Source: a virus
Lineage: Duplodnaviria > Caudoviricetes
Strand: one strand, 5' to 3'
Length of the DNA: 53,013 nt
Virus record (IMG/VR): IMGVR_UViG_3300017971_000346
Span: 1-53,013 of that record
A program made the position numbers and the translations under genes. Shown here in pieces: positions 1-9,059 of the stretch. A model generated the notes under the pieces. That model was not told the origin of the DNA and did not search any database. It was given only the letters and a program-made list of their open reading frames with translations. The stretch's first letter is position 1, and every line of letters begins with the position of its first letter.

Positions 1-527
1 GAAAATAATTCAACGTCGGAACTATCCCGAACCCGAAACCGTTTTGAAGAATGATTCCCAAAATAATCTACATCCCAATAATTCGTAATTGTCGTTCCGT
101 CAAATTTGCCTAGCTTGAACCCCGCTTGATAATCCCCGCGTGCATGATATTCCACTTTCGTATGCGACACGCCTTGAAAACGTGCTGGGTAATAACTGAC
201 AGGATCATAAACATGCAAGTACCGTGAGGGATTATTATGTCCAATACCGACTTTATACGTTAGCGTAGTCGGATATAATAGATTCGCTGACATTGCCCAA
301 TACCCGGGATTCGTTAATCCGGACGTCCACGAAAATCCGCCGCTCCCGTCACTAGTTAAATATGTTCCGTTTGCTCCGGGACTATCAAAAGAAATAGTTC
401 CAATGGCAAGTGAATCCGTTTTCAGATACCTTTTTGAAGTCATAAACGGAACCCATACAGGTATATTTTGTGCAAAACATCCAATAATTAAAGAAAGTAT
501 TATTAACAATATTGATACAAATTTCAT
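1..527 (-). CDS. Partial (runs off left end) signal-peptide-bearing tail-fibre-like protein
   Basis: Not in ORF track. ATG at 527 preceded by AGGAG. Reads MKFVSILLIILSLIIGCFA-QNIPVW...KVGIGHNNPSRYLHV with no stop to base 1. VGIG..NP...LHV is a typical fibre/intramolecular-chaperone-associated repeat. Confidence 0.75.
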   Translation of the reverse strand, partial: MKFVSILLIILSLIIGCFAQNIPVWVPFMTSKRYLKTDSLAIGTISFDSPGANGTYLTSDGSGGFSWTSGLTNPGYWAMSANLLYPTTLTYKVGIGHNNPSRYLHVYDPVSYYPARFQGVSHTKVEYHARGDYQAGFKLGKFDGTTITNYWDVDYFGNHSSKRFRVRDSSDVELF

Positions 528-550
528 TTTTTAGCACTCCTAATTATTAT

Positions 551-583
551 AAAAAAAAGCTTTCCAATCATGTTGAAAAGCTT
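551..583 (-). terminator. Rho-independent terminator closing the capsid operon
   Basis: Minus-strand hairpin AAGCTTTTCAA-CATGA-TTGGAAAGCTT followed by a T run. Confidence 0.7.
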
Positions 584-607
584 CCATAAATCAAGATTCT
601 TATTTTA

Positions 608-793
608 TTAAGCTTCTTTATCGTCGGATACTGCATTTTCAGAATCCGTTAATATTGTCACTTCGATCCCAGCCTTTCGGAATTCCATAATTTTTTCTTC
701 TGTGAATTTTAATTCAGTTCCTAACGGATATAAATTCCCCTGTTTACGATATGCAGTATTGAGGATACATTTATACAACTTTGCACGTGCCAT
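608..793 (-). CDS. Small head-associated hypothetical protein
   Basis: 61 aa, GAGGT SD, located downstream of the major capsid gene. Confidence 0.6.
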   Translation of the reverse strand: MARAKLYKCILNTAYRKQGNLYPLGTELKFTEEKIMEFRKAGIEVTILTDSENAVSDDKEA

Positions 794-842
794 TTCTACC
801 TCTAATAATAGTTATCTAAAGAAAATAAATTGAATTTTTTAT

Positions 843-1358
843 TTATTCAGCATTATCACTATTTCTTAATTTAAATTCTAACTCAAAATCAAATATGCCC
901 GGAGTACCGTTTATATTAATAAACTCGACTCCCAACCCTTCCGACTCTGTCACAGTTTTATATGTACTGTTAATTGTTAAACTATCAATCTGAGTTGCGG
1001 AAGTACCGACCAACGTATCCGTATCAAAAATTGTTTCTGATATTCCGGAACCGTTATACGAATAGCCAATTATACGGCATGAATCACCGGAAGCGGGAAC
1101 CCAAAAACAGCGCACCGCTTTGATTTCCATAGCAGACGTTGGTCGGTATGCACCTGCTGCTGTTGTATCGCCAATAAACCAAAAGTCAGTTGCAGTCGCG
1201 TCGGCCCCAAAATTTTTTGAAATAATCATTCTTTGGCCAGAAATATTCCCACGGATCACGGGCCAGTCTATTTTTGAATATTTCGTGGTCTGTGCTTCCA
1301 GGAAAGAAGCCGATAATATCAAAAATAATAAAAACAGCATTTTAAATTTAAACAGCAT
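843..1358 (-). CDS. Secreted hypothetical protein (signal peptide) directly after the major capsid gene
   Basis: MLFKFKMLFLLFLILSASFLEA-Q has basic n-, hydrophobic h- and c-regions; the mature part is beta-rich. Confidence 0.7.
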   Translation of the reverse strand: MLFKFKMLFLLFLILSASFLEAQTTKYSKIDWPVIRGNISGQRMIISKNFGADATATDFWFIGDTTAAGAYRPTSAMEIKAVRCFWVPASGDSCRIIGYSYNGSGISETIFDTDTLVGTSATQIDSLTINSTYKTVTESEGLGVEFININGTPGIFDFELEFKLRNSDNAE

Positions 1359-1405
1359 AATAAACCTTTCTTTCTTTTTAACTATCCGTACTTAAATTAT
1401 CATGC

Positions 1406-2440
1406 TTAAACTACCACGGAGATCACATAATATCCGGCTCCGGCGGATACTACTTTTGGTACTTCAATGACCGATACTTCAACCATTGTCGATTTTCTAC
1501 CAGGTACATCATACAATGCAACTGTTAAATTTTGGGTTTGAAGCGTAACGCCTAATGTCATCCCTTTTCGCGGCGGAGTTGGATTAACAAAAGCGAATAA
1601 TGCATTTTTACCCCAAACATCAGCGTTTGAGATTGTTTGGCCTTCATTAGCAGAGTTATAAACAGACCGGCCTACATGCAATGTGTTTACTTTCAGCATT
1701 CTAGCCACTGTTTTTTCGTCTAACAAAGCAGGTTTGCTTAAATCTGAACCACCAACGATTCTTGCTTGTAATTCCGGGTGATCTTCTAATTGATCATATA
1801 CAGCGGAACCAATAACACAAGTGTTCATTAATTTCATTGCATTTTGGCGGATAGATTCATTTGCTGTTTTCGCCTGAGTCCGTGGATTTGAATTTTCATA
1901 ATCAGACCATTGATCTGAACCAGATAAGGTTTCCGAGTAGCTTGCAAATGTAGTTGCATTAAACAAAGCATCTTTCGTTCGGATTTCGCGGTTAAGCATA
2001 ATTAGTTCGGTTAATAGCTGGACTGCATCTTGGATAGGTTCAACGGGTTGATCTGCATTTTCCTTTGCACGCCGTCCGATCAACATGCCCAAAGAATATT
2101 CTAAACAAGTGTAACTTGATTCAGATAATCCGGCATTGACTAGGTTAGTGGTATCAGTGTCCGCTCGGATAACATTTGAAGGCAAAGTAACACGGTTTTT
2201 TGAATCGTAAACCCACCAAAGGCCACTCTCTTTTTTGACTTTTTTGACCGGCATAATCTTGGGCGCAATAAACATATCACTTTGCGAATATTCAATCGCT
2301 AAATCGGACATAATAGGATCAACATATACCGATCTTGAATCAAAAAAATTATATGATCCAGGTAAAGCGGACATATTGAAAATCTGCTGACCAGCATGTT
2401 TGAATTGCGGAAGTCCGTTTATAAATTCTAATCCTAACAT
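1406..2440 (-). CDS. Major capsid protein (HK97 fold, capsid-E-like)
   Basis: 344 aa; VDPIMSDLAIEY...FIAPKIMP and LSGSDQWSDYENSNP motifs typical of this MCP family; follows the protease and decoration genes; AGGAG SD. Confidence 0.85.
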   Translation of the reverse strand: MLGLEFINGLPQFKHAGQQIFNMSALPGSYNFFDSRSVYVDPIMSDLAIEYSQSDMFIAPKIMPVKKVKKESGLWWVYDSKNRVTLPSNVIRADTDTTNLVNAGLSESSYTCLEYSLGMLIGRRAKENADQPVEPIQDAVQLLTELIMLNREIRTKDALFNATTFASYSETLSGSDQWSDYENSNPRTQAKTANESIRQNAMKLMNTCVIGSAVYDQLEDHPELQARIVGGSDLSKPALLDEKTVARMLKVNTLHVGRSVYNSANEGQTISNADVWGKNALFAFVNPTPPRKGMTLGVTLQTQNLTVALYDVPGRKSTMVEVSVIEVPKVVSAGAGYYVISVVV

Positions 2441-2487
2441 TTATATTACTCCTAATTTATTTTTAATCTAATTGTTATAAATTAATC

Positions 2488-2877
2488 TTAAGCTTCACTT
2501 GCCGCGGGAAAACAATCAATTCGTTGAACTAGTATCACATCCCCCTGAGCGGTTGCTGCCTCTAATGTTAACGCGCAAGCGTATTCATTTGCAGCATCAA
2601 CTAGCTCCAGTTTCCCCCCAGCCGCGTTTGCTACAGTTAGCATTTTATGAACTGCGCAAGCTTCATTAACTTTTGCTTTATACACACCGCTGACAGCGAT
2701 TAACGCCTCTTCACCGGAACCGGGTGTATTCATCAAAATCCCTAAAATTCTTCCGTTTCCAGTTGTTTGGACATTACAATATTTTGCAGTACTTTCGTAA
2801 ACAGCACAAAATTGATAACTCGAAAGATCGGCAGCAGCAATACGTGAAATCGTTGTATATTTTGTTGCGTTACCCAT
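2488..2877 (-). CDS. Capsid decoration/cement protein (DUF2190-like)
   Basis: 129 aa Ala/Gly-rich, AAADLS..QF.AV...LEAATAQGDVI; lies between the protease and MCP genes. Confidence 0.75.
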   Translation of the reverse strand: MGNATKYTTISRIAAADLSSYQFCAVYESTAKYCNVQTTGNGRILGILMNTPGSGEEALIAVSGVYKAKVNEACAVHKMLTVANAAGGKLELVDAANEYACALTLEAATAQGDVILVQRIDCFPAASEA

Positions 2878-2932
2878 TATATAACTCCAAATTTATTTTA
2901 AATTTTATTAATTCTAAATTAAACGATTTTTT

Positions 2933-4051
2933 TTACTCGTTTGTAAATCGGCTATATTGATTAAACAATTCCGGACTAGTTTTCCGTAATTTTGTAATTG
3001 CATCGGACAAAGTCATATTGACATTTTTTTCCTGTAAGTCATTAATCGCTTCTCGAAGTTTATTAGTAGGGGAACCACCGGAGTCGTTTGCAGTTCCCTG
3101 GAAATCATCGAATTTAATGTCGGGCATTTTTTCAATAATATTTTTCGCTAATGTTTCATCCTTTTCATATAATTCGATAAAATGATCAATCTGGCTGGGA
3201 TATATTTTGCCGGTTTTTGTCAGGGGATTAAATACAAACTCACGAATAGTTGTTTCAATCGCTTTCCGGTTCGCTTCCTTTTCGACCGCTTCTATACGTT
3301 CGGTTAATTTTAAAATCTGGGCGATTTTGTCGTTGTCAGCATTAGTTGCAGTTTCTAACTTTTTAGACAATTCATTATTTTTCTCGGTAAATTCAGTAAC
3401 CATTTCTTTTAATTTTGCTATTTTGGTTTTTTGTTCGCTGACAGATTTAACCAAATTAAGGAGAGTTTCATCGATTTTTGATTCATCTGTCAAATTTAAT
3501 ATCTTCATCAACTCTTTATTATCCATGTTTATGTCCTTATCTGTTAATTGAACAGGTTTTTGATTTTTTTTCAAAAAATTTATATTCGTTAAGGCAAACC
3601 CTAGGAATGTAAATCCGTGATCATAATCATTTTCATCCCAATAATTAGGAGTGAATTCCGGAGAAATATATAAATATTCTTTATTTTTAATATATTCTTT
3701 TGCTCTGTCAGTAAACATGACATAAGCATTGACCACATTTCCATCATCGGATAGTTCAAAATTATGTAACCAGCCGGAAGCTATCGCATTTTCATGATTA
3801 GGATCACCGCTACTATGTTGGAAATTTCCAGGTAAAATCCAATTATCTTTTTCATCTTTTCTAGCTCCCTTACCATGTATGAAATTATCAATTCCATGCT
3901 GCAAATCATTTTTTGTTATATTTATTTCACCATACGCCGGATGGTAAAACTCTCCGGTATATAAAAACGTGACTTTTGATAATCCGGTCTTTTCACTGAA
4001 TTCAACTACTTTGACAGGAATGATAGCTTGTAATATTTGAATTTTATTCAT
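2933..4051 (-). CDS. Mu gpI-like prohead protease/scaffold
   Basis: GEFYHPAYG, QH, ASGW, FTDRAKEYIKNKEYLYISPEF, ALTN motifs; C-terminal coiled-coil scaffold. Confidence 0.85.
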   Translation of the reverse strand: MNKIQILQAIIPVKVVEFSEKTGLSKVTFLYTGEFYHPAYGEINITKNDLQHGIDNFIHGKGARKDEKDNWILPGNFQHSSGDPNHENAIASGWLHNFELSDDGNVVNAYVMFTDRAKEYIKNKEYLYISPEFTPNYWDENDYDHGFTFLGFALTNINFLKKNQKPVQLTDKDINMDNKELMKILNLTDESKIDETLLNLVKSVSEQKTKIAKLKEMVTEFTEKNNELSKKLETATNADNDKIAQILKLTERIEAVEKEANRKAIETTIREFVFNPLTKTGKIYPSQIDHFIELYEKDETLAKNIIEKMPDIKFDDFQGTANDSGGSPTNKLREAINDLQEKNVNMTLSDAITKLRKTSPELFNQYSRFTNE

Positions 4052-4083
4052 AAACTAACTCCTAGATTTTAGACAAACAGACA

Positions 4084-4102
4084 GGCAAAATCAATACCAT
4101 TC
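4084..4102 (-). promoter_or_regulatory. Candidate sigma54 (-24/-12) promoter for the protease-capsid operon
   Basis: GAATGGTATTGATTTTGCC has GG-N10-GC spacing with TTGC; predicted start ~4073, upstream of the AGGAG SD and ATG 4051. Confidence 0.55.
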
Positions 4103-6250
4103 ATAATAATTAGTGCCTCTACATTGTAAATCGCCTTTACAATTATCATATGCACCGTTTATTATTTTAACAAGCTCGGGATCACTTTGCAAATAAACTT
4201 TACCATCGATTTTCCTGCATTCAGAACAGATATTTTTATCCATAATTTCAGAACGTCTTATTTTATATGTTGATTTAATATCACCCGCTCGTTTATCCCG
4301 CGTTTTGTTAAATGACAAAAATGTAAATGAAGAAACGATATTTTCAAAAATCTTTTTGGATAAACTAAATAAATGTTCTTTTACTGTTGAAAAGACATTA
4401 AATTCTATGTAATTTATTTTTCCTTTTGTGTATTGTCCGTCCAGTACTTTCGTAGTCTCTTTTTTCAATCTAGCAGTAAAAGAACTAGTGACATATTGCA
4501 AAAAGGGGAAACATAATTTCCTATCATCTGTGATCGATTCCGCGATCTTTTCCCCTGTTTGCTTTTGATATTCCTTATCAATATCTTTCTTTATTTCATC
4601 CATAAAAGGTAACAGTGGAATTGAAATACTTTCGAATATTTTTGAATTATCTACTGAAAATGTATCAACATAATCCTGAATATCTTTTTTGCCAGTACCG
4701 ATTTCTATCATTATTTCAATATTACGTAAAAATTCATGTAGTACTAGTTTAAGTTCATTATTAAAAATTTTTAAAAACTTTCTATTATACTTTGTCAGAA
4801 TACTCACTTTTTCTGACAATGTAAATTCATACGGTTTAGGGACTCGGTAAAACTGAATAAACGGTTTGTTGTCAGAAAGATCGTAAAAATCAACTACTGA
4901 CATTTCTTCACTATCTTCCTTATTGATTGTTTTTTTTGAAGTAGTAACTTCAGGCACCGTTCCCTTATCCACTTTTATAATTGTTTCTTCTACTGGCAAT
5001 TCCAAACCATCGATAAAAAATTTTTTTAACTCTTCTGTAGGGTTCGCAATGCCAAACTTTTTCATTTTTTCTAACATGACGATCAAATTATCATAATCAA
5101 TAGTACGAATTTTTGGTTTCATAAATTTTGGTGGAATTACATTATCACCAAAATTTTCACGAACTAATCGTGGAATAATTGATCGTCCTTCAATATCTTT
5201 ATTTAAAACATCTTCTATAGAATTCGCAGTAGATTCCAGCGACAACATGAAAAAATTTGTTTTTGATTCTGCCAAACCGTAACTGCCAACGTCGGTCATG
5301 CCTACCATTAAAAAATTAGCTAAAAATCGATAAAACATTTGTCGATCTAATAAATCAATCTGTTTACTTAATTCTGGCATATTTGATATATTGCCGATGG
5401 TATTTAATTTATATCCGAACGGTGTGATCACATAACCTTTCTCATGAGAAACCCAGGTTTCACCAACTTCCTCCGCCGCTGTCTTATCTTCAGGTTTGGA
5501 ACCTGCTGGTAATTCTATATTAATTGTACGAATACCATAATTTTTAGCTGTAATAAGCATAATTTTTAAAATTAAATCTTTAAAATACCAATAACGGTAA
5601 ATAGCACGTAACATTGAAATTCCGGAATAATCTTTCCCACGTTTTTCCGCTGACCAAAGAATTAAATTTTCATTAGCGATTTGTAGATATTGGTATTTAT
5701 TATTTTTTGTAGCTAATTGAGTAATAGAAGTAAGATAATCATTTGTATGATTCCAATATTGGATCGTCTTTACAAGTCTAGGAGCTAAGTTTAATAAAAT
5801 TTGACCTTTATTAAAAATTCTTGCGGTCTCATGAATAGATACTCCCCACTCAATGCCGGACAAAATTTGATTCTGAAAGTCATTCCAAAGAAAATAAGGA
5901 TTTTCAAATAAAGCCTTTTCAACAAATTCAGCGACTTTTAAATCATAATTATCCTGAGAAGCAGGTTTTATCATTGAAGGGGATTGAGTTATCGGTAGTT
6001 TTATGGATAAAAGGCATGCCTGGACAACAGCATCGTTAATCATTTGCTCGATTAGATCATATTTGTTAATCATCCAATCAGATGAATAGTCGGAATCTGA
6101 ATATATACCGTTAAAATTTATAGTTCCGGATGCACCCTGAAATTTACTTCCATTTTGTGTATATTGCTTGAATCGTAAAAATGCCGCGTATTCATCTTTT
6201 GTTATTGAGACATTTGAGTTTTTCATTTGCTTTCGTTTGAATATATTCAT
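4091..6250 (-). CDS. Portal protein (DUF935/Mu gp29-like) fused to a gpF-like head morphogenesis domain
   Basis: DAVVQACL..IKLPI, GISMLRAIYRYWYFK, GSYGLAE portal motifs; C-terminal MDKNICSECRKIDGK...CRG gpF-like motif. Confidence 0.85.
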   Translation of the reverse strand: MNIFKRKQMKNSNVSITKDEYAAFLRFKQYTQNGSKFQGASGTINFNGIYSDSDYSSDWMINKYDLIEQMINDAVVQACLLSIKLPITQSPSMIKPASQDNYDLKVAEFVEKALFENPYFLWNDFQNQILSGIEWGVSIHETARIFNKGQILLNLAPRLVKTIQYWNHTNDYLTSITQLATKNNKYQYLQIANENLILWSAEKRGKDYSGISMLRAIYRYWYFKDLILKIMLITAKNYGIRTINIELPAGSKPEDKTAAEEVGETWVSHEKGYVITPFGYKLNTIGNISNMPELSKQIDLLDRQMFYRFLANFLMVGMTDVGSYGLAESKTNFFMLSLESTANSIEDVLNKDIEGRSIIPRLVRENFGDNVIPPKFMKPKIRTIDYDNLIVMLEKMKKFGIANPTEELKKFFIDGLELPVEETIIKVDKGTVPEVTTSKKTINKEDSEEMSVVDFYDLSDNKPFIQFYRVPKPYEFTLSEKVSILTKYNRKFLKIFNNELKLVLHEFLRNIEIMIEIGTGKKDIQDYVDTFSVDNSKIFESISIPLLPFMDEIKKDIDKEYQKQTGEKIAESITDDRKLCFPFLQYVTSSFTARLKKETTKVLDGQYTKGKINYIEFNVFSTVKEHLFSLSKKIFENIVSSFTFLSFNKTRDKRAGDIKSTYKIRRSEIMDKNICSECRKIDGKVYLQSDPELVKIINGAYDNCKGDLQCRGTNYYEWY

Positions 6251-6252
6251 TG

Positions 6253-7656
6253 TTAAAATTTCCTGTTCATGAAAGTTTCTCGTAGTTGCATTTTATTAAC
6301 AGGCATGTTAAGTGAACGGTTCAGCGCCCTAGACTGATTACTCAAAAAATGAAAACTGATAGTCCGTTCCAATGCTTCTATAGCATGATTAGACGCAGTT
6401 TTCTCATTTTTATATTTGAACTCTTTTAACTCTGAAATCAAATTAACACAAGATTCGTGTATTTTAATTTGTCCGTTTTTGAACAATGGTTGAATAATCG
6501 ATCTTCTGACTTGAATTTCAATGTTAAAAGGAGCAAAATTCAAACCCTTCTGGGCAAACAGAAACGCCGGTGTTAGTTTGCCTAACAACTCACCGTCTCC
6601 GGATAATCCCTGGCTAGTCCCTTCCTTCTGAAACATCCGTTTACATCCGATATTAACAAACGATTCAAAATTATAAGTTTTATTTATTCCTATAAACGCA
6701 GTGACTGCATTATCAATACTGCTGTCAAATTCATAAAATTCTGAGTTTACCCAATATATTCCATTTTCAATCAATATGTCCAGTAAAACCATAGGTGAAG
6801 TATTCGAAATACCATAATCATTTCCGATCATCCGTTCACCATATTGTGGCCTTTTTATTTTTTCGAAATAATTGTGAGCAGTTAGATCGTAAATCATGCC
6901 TACATTGCCAAACCAGTTCCCCAATATGTATTTCTGAACCCAGTCATTAGAGTACGTTATATACATATCTTCATAATAATTTTTTTTCAGATGTTTCCTA
7001 TTAATCATGGGTTCCGGAGTAATCCCCAAAAAAGAATTATTAATACCTTGCCAATAACCGTATTGGACTTTATGTTTATCGCCACATATTTTAATCTCTT
7101 TTGTTTTTGTTTTTAAAGGAGTCCTAAAAAACAAATCTTTCAGATAGTGATCTCCCCCTTCCGTGTTACACGTGTAAAGCTTTTGATTCAAGACATTTGT
7201 TTGTCGAACTCGACCGCCAGCCAGATCAAAAACATCCTTTATTATCTCTTCAGCTTGGTCCATCCAAAGACCGCCAAGCTTAAGATTTTTTAATTGACCT
7301 ATTTGGTGGGGTTTGTCTACAGCGAAAAAACGAATTTCTGAACCGTTAGGATACCGCAAATGTTTTCTTGTCGAATGCCAATAATAAGCAGGATCTAGTG
7401 GTCCAATTCTATTTCCAAAAATTAATTCCATATATTCAGGTACAGTACTTGATTCTAATTCACCGCTAATATTCCGAAATATGGCAATTAAAATTCCAGG
7501 ATTTTCTAACATCATTTTATGAATTTTCAGGCAAGCAATTGAGGTTTTACCAGAGCCGAACTCACCGGTTAAAAGGATATTTTCTTTTCGGGAATCATAA
7601 AAAGCTTGCTGGTAAGGGTTTAGCTCGAAGGATGTTTTATCTCTAAAATTAATCAA
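6253..7656 (-). CDS. terL: Terminase large subunit
   Basis: NPYQ Q-motif, Walker A GEFGSGKT, Walker B LWMDQAEE, TCN coupling motif, nuclease-region DYG, KIHESCVNLISEL and NHAIEA. Confidence 0.92.
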   Translation of the reverse strand: MINFRDKTSFELNPYQQAFYDSRKENILLTGEFGSGKTSIACLKIHKMMLENPGILIAIFRNISGELESSTVPEYMELIFGNRIGPLDPAYYWHSTRKHLRYPNGSEIRFFAVDKPHQIGQLKNLKLGGLWMDQAEEIIKDVFDLAGGRVRQTNVLNQKLYTCNTEGGDHYLKDLFFRTPLKTKTKEIKICGDKHKVQYGYWQGINNSFLGITPEPMINRKHLKKNYYEDMYITYSNDWVQKYILGNWFGNVGMIYDLTAHNYFEKIKRPQYGERMIGNDYGISNTSPMVLLDILIENGIYWVNSEFYEFDSSIDNAVTAFIGINKTYNFESFVNIGCKRMFQKEGTSQGLSGDGELLGKLTPAFLFAQKGLNFAPFNIEIQVRRSIIQPLFKNGQIKIHESCVNLISELKEFKYKNEKTASNHAIEALERTISFHFLSNQSRALNRSLNMPVNKMQLRETFMNRKF

Positions 7657-8048
7657 GTTAATTCCAGGGTTTCGGGTTCCTTATTGTCCTTGATTATTTC
7701 GATAATGTGTTTTAATGGTTTATCATCAGTTCCTAGTTGATCATACAAACCTTGTAACATTCCTAAATCTTTCAAAATATGAAGTGCGGTCATTAACTCA
7801 CCGTTGTCTTTAGCTGATGCAAATAGACGAAACCGATTGACTATATGCCACTCAATTTTCATTTTATTCGATTTTTGGTAGTGAAGTTTAATTTCTTTTT
7901 CAGCTAGTTTAACATAGCGGTACATTGACCGCCAACCAATGCCCCACTTATCGGAATATTCAACAACAATAGAGCGATGTGAACGTCCGTTTAAAATTTC
8001 AGTTACAATTGTACTAGTCCGTTCTTTTGTTTTGGATCGATCTGCCAT
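7653..8048 (-). CDS. terS: Putative terminase small subunit
   Basis: N-terminal HTH (KWGIGWRSMYRYV), helical core, overlaps the terL start. Confidence 0.7.
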   Translation of the reverse strand: MADRSKTKERTSTIVTEILNGRSHRSIVVEYSDKWGIGWRSMYRYVKLAEKEIKLHYQKSNKMKIEWHIVNRFRLFASAKDNGELMTALHILKDLGMLQGLYDQLGTDDKPLKHIIEIIKDNKEPETLELT

Positions 8049-8083
8049 AAAAAAAAACCCCTTGAAATGTTATTTTCAAGAGG
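8049..8083 (-). terminator. Terminator-like hairpin immediately before the terS start codon
   Basis: CCUCUUGAAA-AUAACA-UUUCAAGGGG, then U9, then AUG. Confidence 0.6.
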
Positions 8084-8160
8084 TCAACGATGCAAAACAA
8101 TTATTGTTCCAAAAGCTTATTTTTGAGGGATATTTTTAGCATTTCTGAAGCCGGTAGATT

Positions 8161-8637
8161 TTATTCTGGAAAGTCTTTATTGAAGTGTTTTAGTCCGGAA
8201 GCACTAACAACATACCCCTTATCACCCCTAATTTTTAGATGTAATTCTTTACTTGCAAATGCGTCCGTTAATCCGGTATTAATCAAATCGTGTTCAGCAT
8301 AAGCACTGCAAAAAGAAACGAATTTACTCCACTCAACGTAATGAGTTTTATTAATTTTTTTGATAAAAAAATACAAATAATAAAAGTTAATTATATATCC
8401 TAACGGTGTCAGTTCAGCATAACCTCTTTTAAATAAAGCATGATCTATAAATCCACATTCTGCTAATTTTAATAATTCAGATATAACAATTGATATTTTG
8501 TCCGGCGCTACCGTACCTTCTGAATTTCTGGTTAATTGATCGAATGTAACGCATAAACACGGATTTTTAAGTTTAGAAACAAAAATAGAAAGTATTAAAC
8601 AATCGTTTTGCTCAAGTTTCTTGTGTTTCATAATCAA
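8161..8637 (-). CDS. Hypothetical protein, possible winged-helix regulator
   Basis: LLKLAECGFI...GYAELTPLG resembles a wHTH wing; lies just upstream of terS. Confidence 0.5.
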   Translation of the reverse strand: MIMKHKKLEQNDCLILSIFVSKLKNPCLCVTFDQLTRNSEGTVAPDKISIVISELLKLAECGFIDHALFKRGYAELTPLGYIINFYYLYFFIKKINKTHYVEWSKFVSFCSAYAEHDLINTGLTDAFASKELHLKIRGDKGYVVSASGLKHFNKDFPE

Positions 8638-8818
8638 CTCCTTTTTCTATCCAACCAAACGCCAACAAAACACCCTTCACGGTTATTTTGTCAGGTTCGG
8701 TATTTATTAAATAATGCTTTCCGGCGTTTAGCCTGTTGTCAAGTTCACGAACGACTTCACGCAAGCGAAAAATTTCTTTTCCCATTTCGCGTTCTGATTT
8801 AATGAATGTGTCTGCCAT
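8612..8818 (-). CDS. Hypothetical protein
   Basis: Overlapping operon-like arrangement; AAGGA SD. Confidence 0.6.
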   Translation of the reverse strand: MADTFIKSEREMGKEIFRLREVVRELDNRLNAGKHYLINTEPDKITVKGVLLAFGWIEKGVDYETQET

Positions 8819-9050
8819 TATGGTCCTTCCAGAATAAAATAAATTTAATCGTTAAGATTAATAATTTCACTAAAACTGCTATCACTACTGTATGGATTAA
8901 TAATGTAAGCATGAAAAAAGTTAAACTATTATTTGATGTTTTACCGTACAAATACCATGTACCTAATCTTGCGAATATTACGAAAAAAATTATAATTATG
9001 TCATGGCTTATTTTTTTAAATTCATGGTATAAATATTTGAAAAAAAACAT
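8799..9050 (-). CDS. Small membrane protein (2 TM)
   Basis: Two hydrophobic segments. Confidence 0.55.
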   Translation of the reverse strand: MFFFKYLYHEFKKISHDIIIIFFVIFARLGTWYLYGKTSNNSLTFFMLTLLIHTVVIAVLVKLLILTIKFILFWKDHNGRHIH

Positions 9051-9059
9051 ATGATTTCC

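Noticed and set aside
777-792. TGGCACG perfect sigma54 -24 box on the minus strand
   Set aside because: No GC at the -12 position, and it is simply the start codon region of the 608-793 gene.
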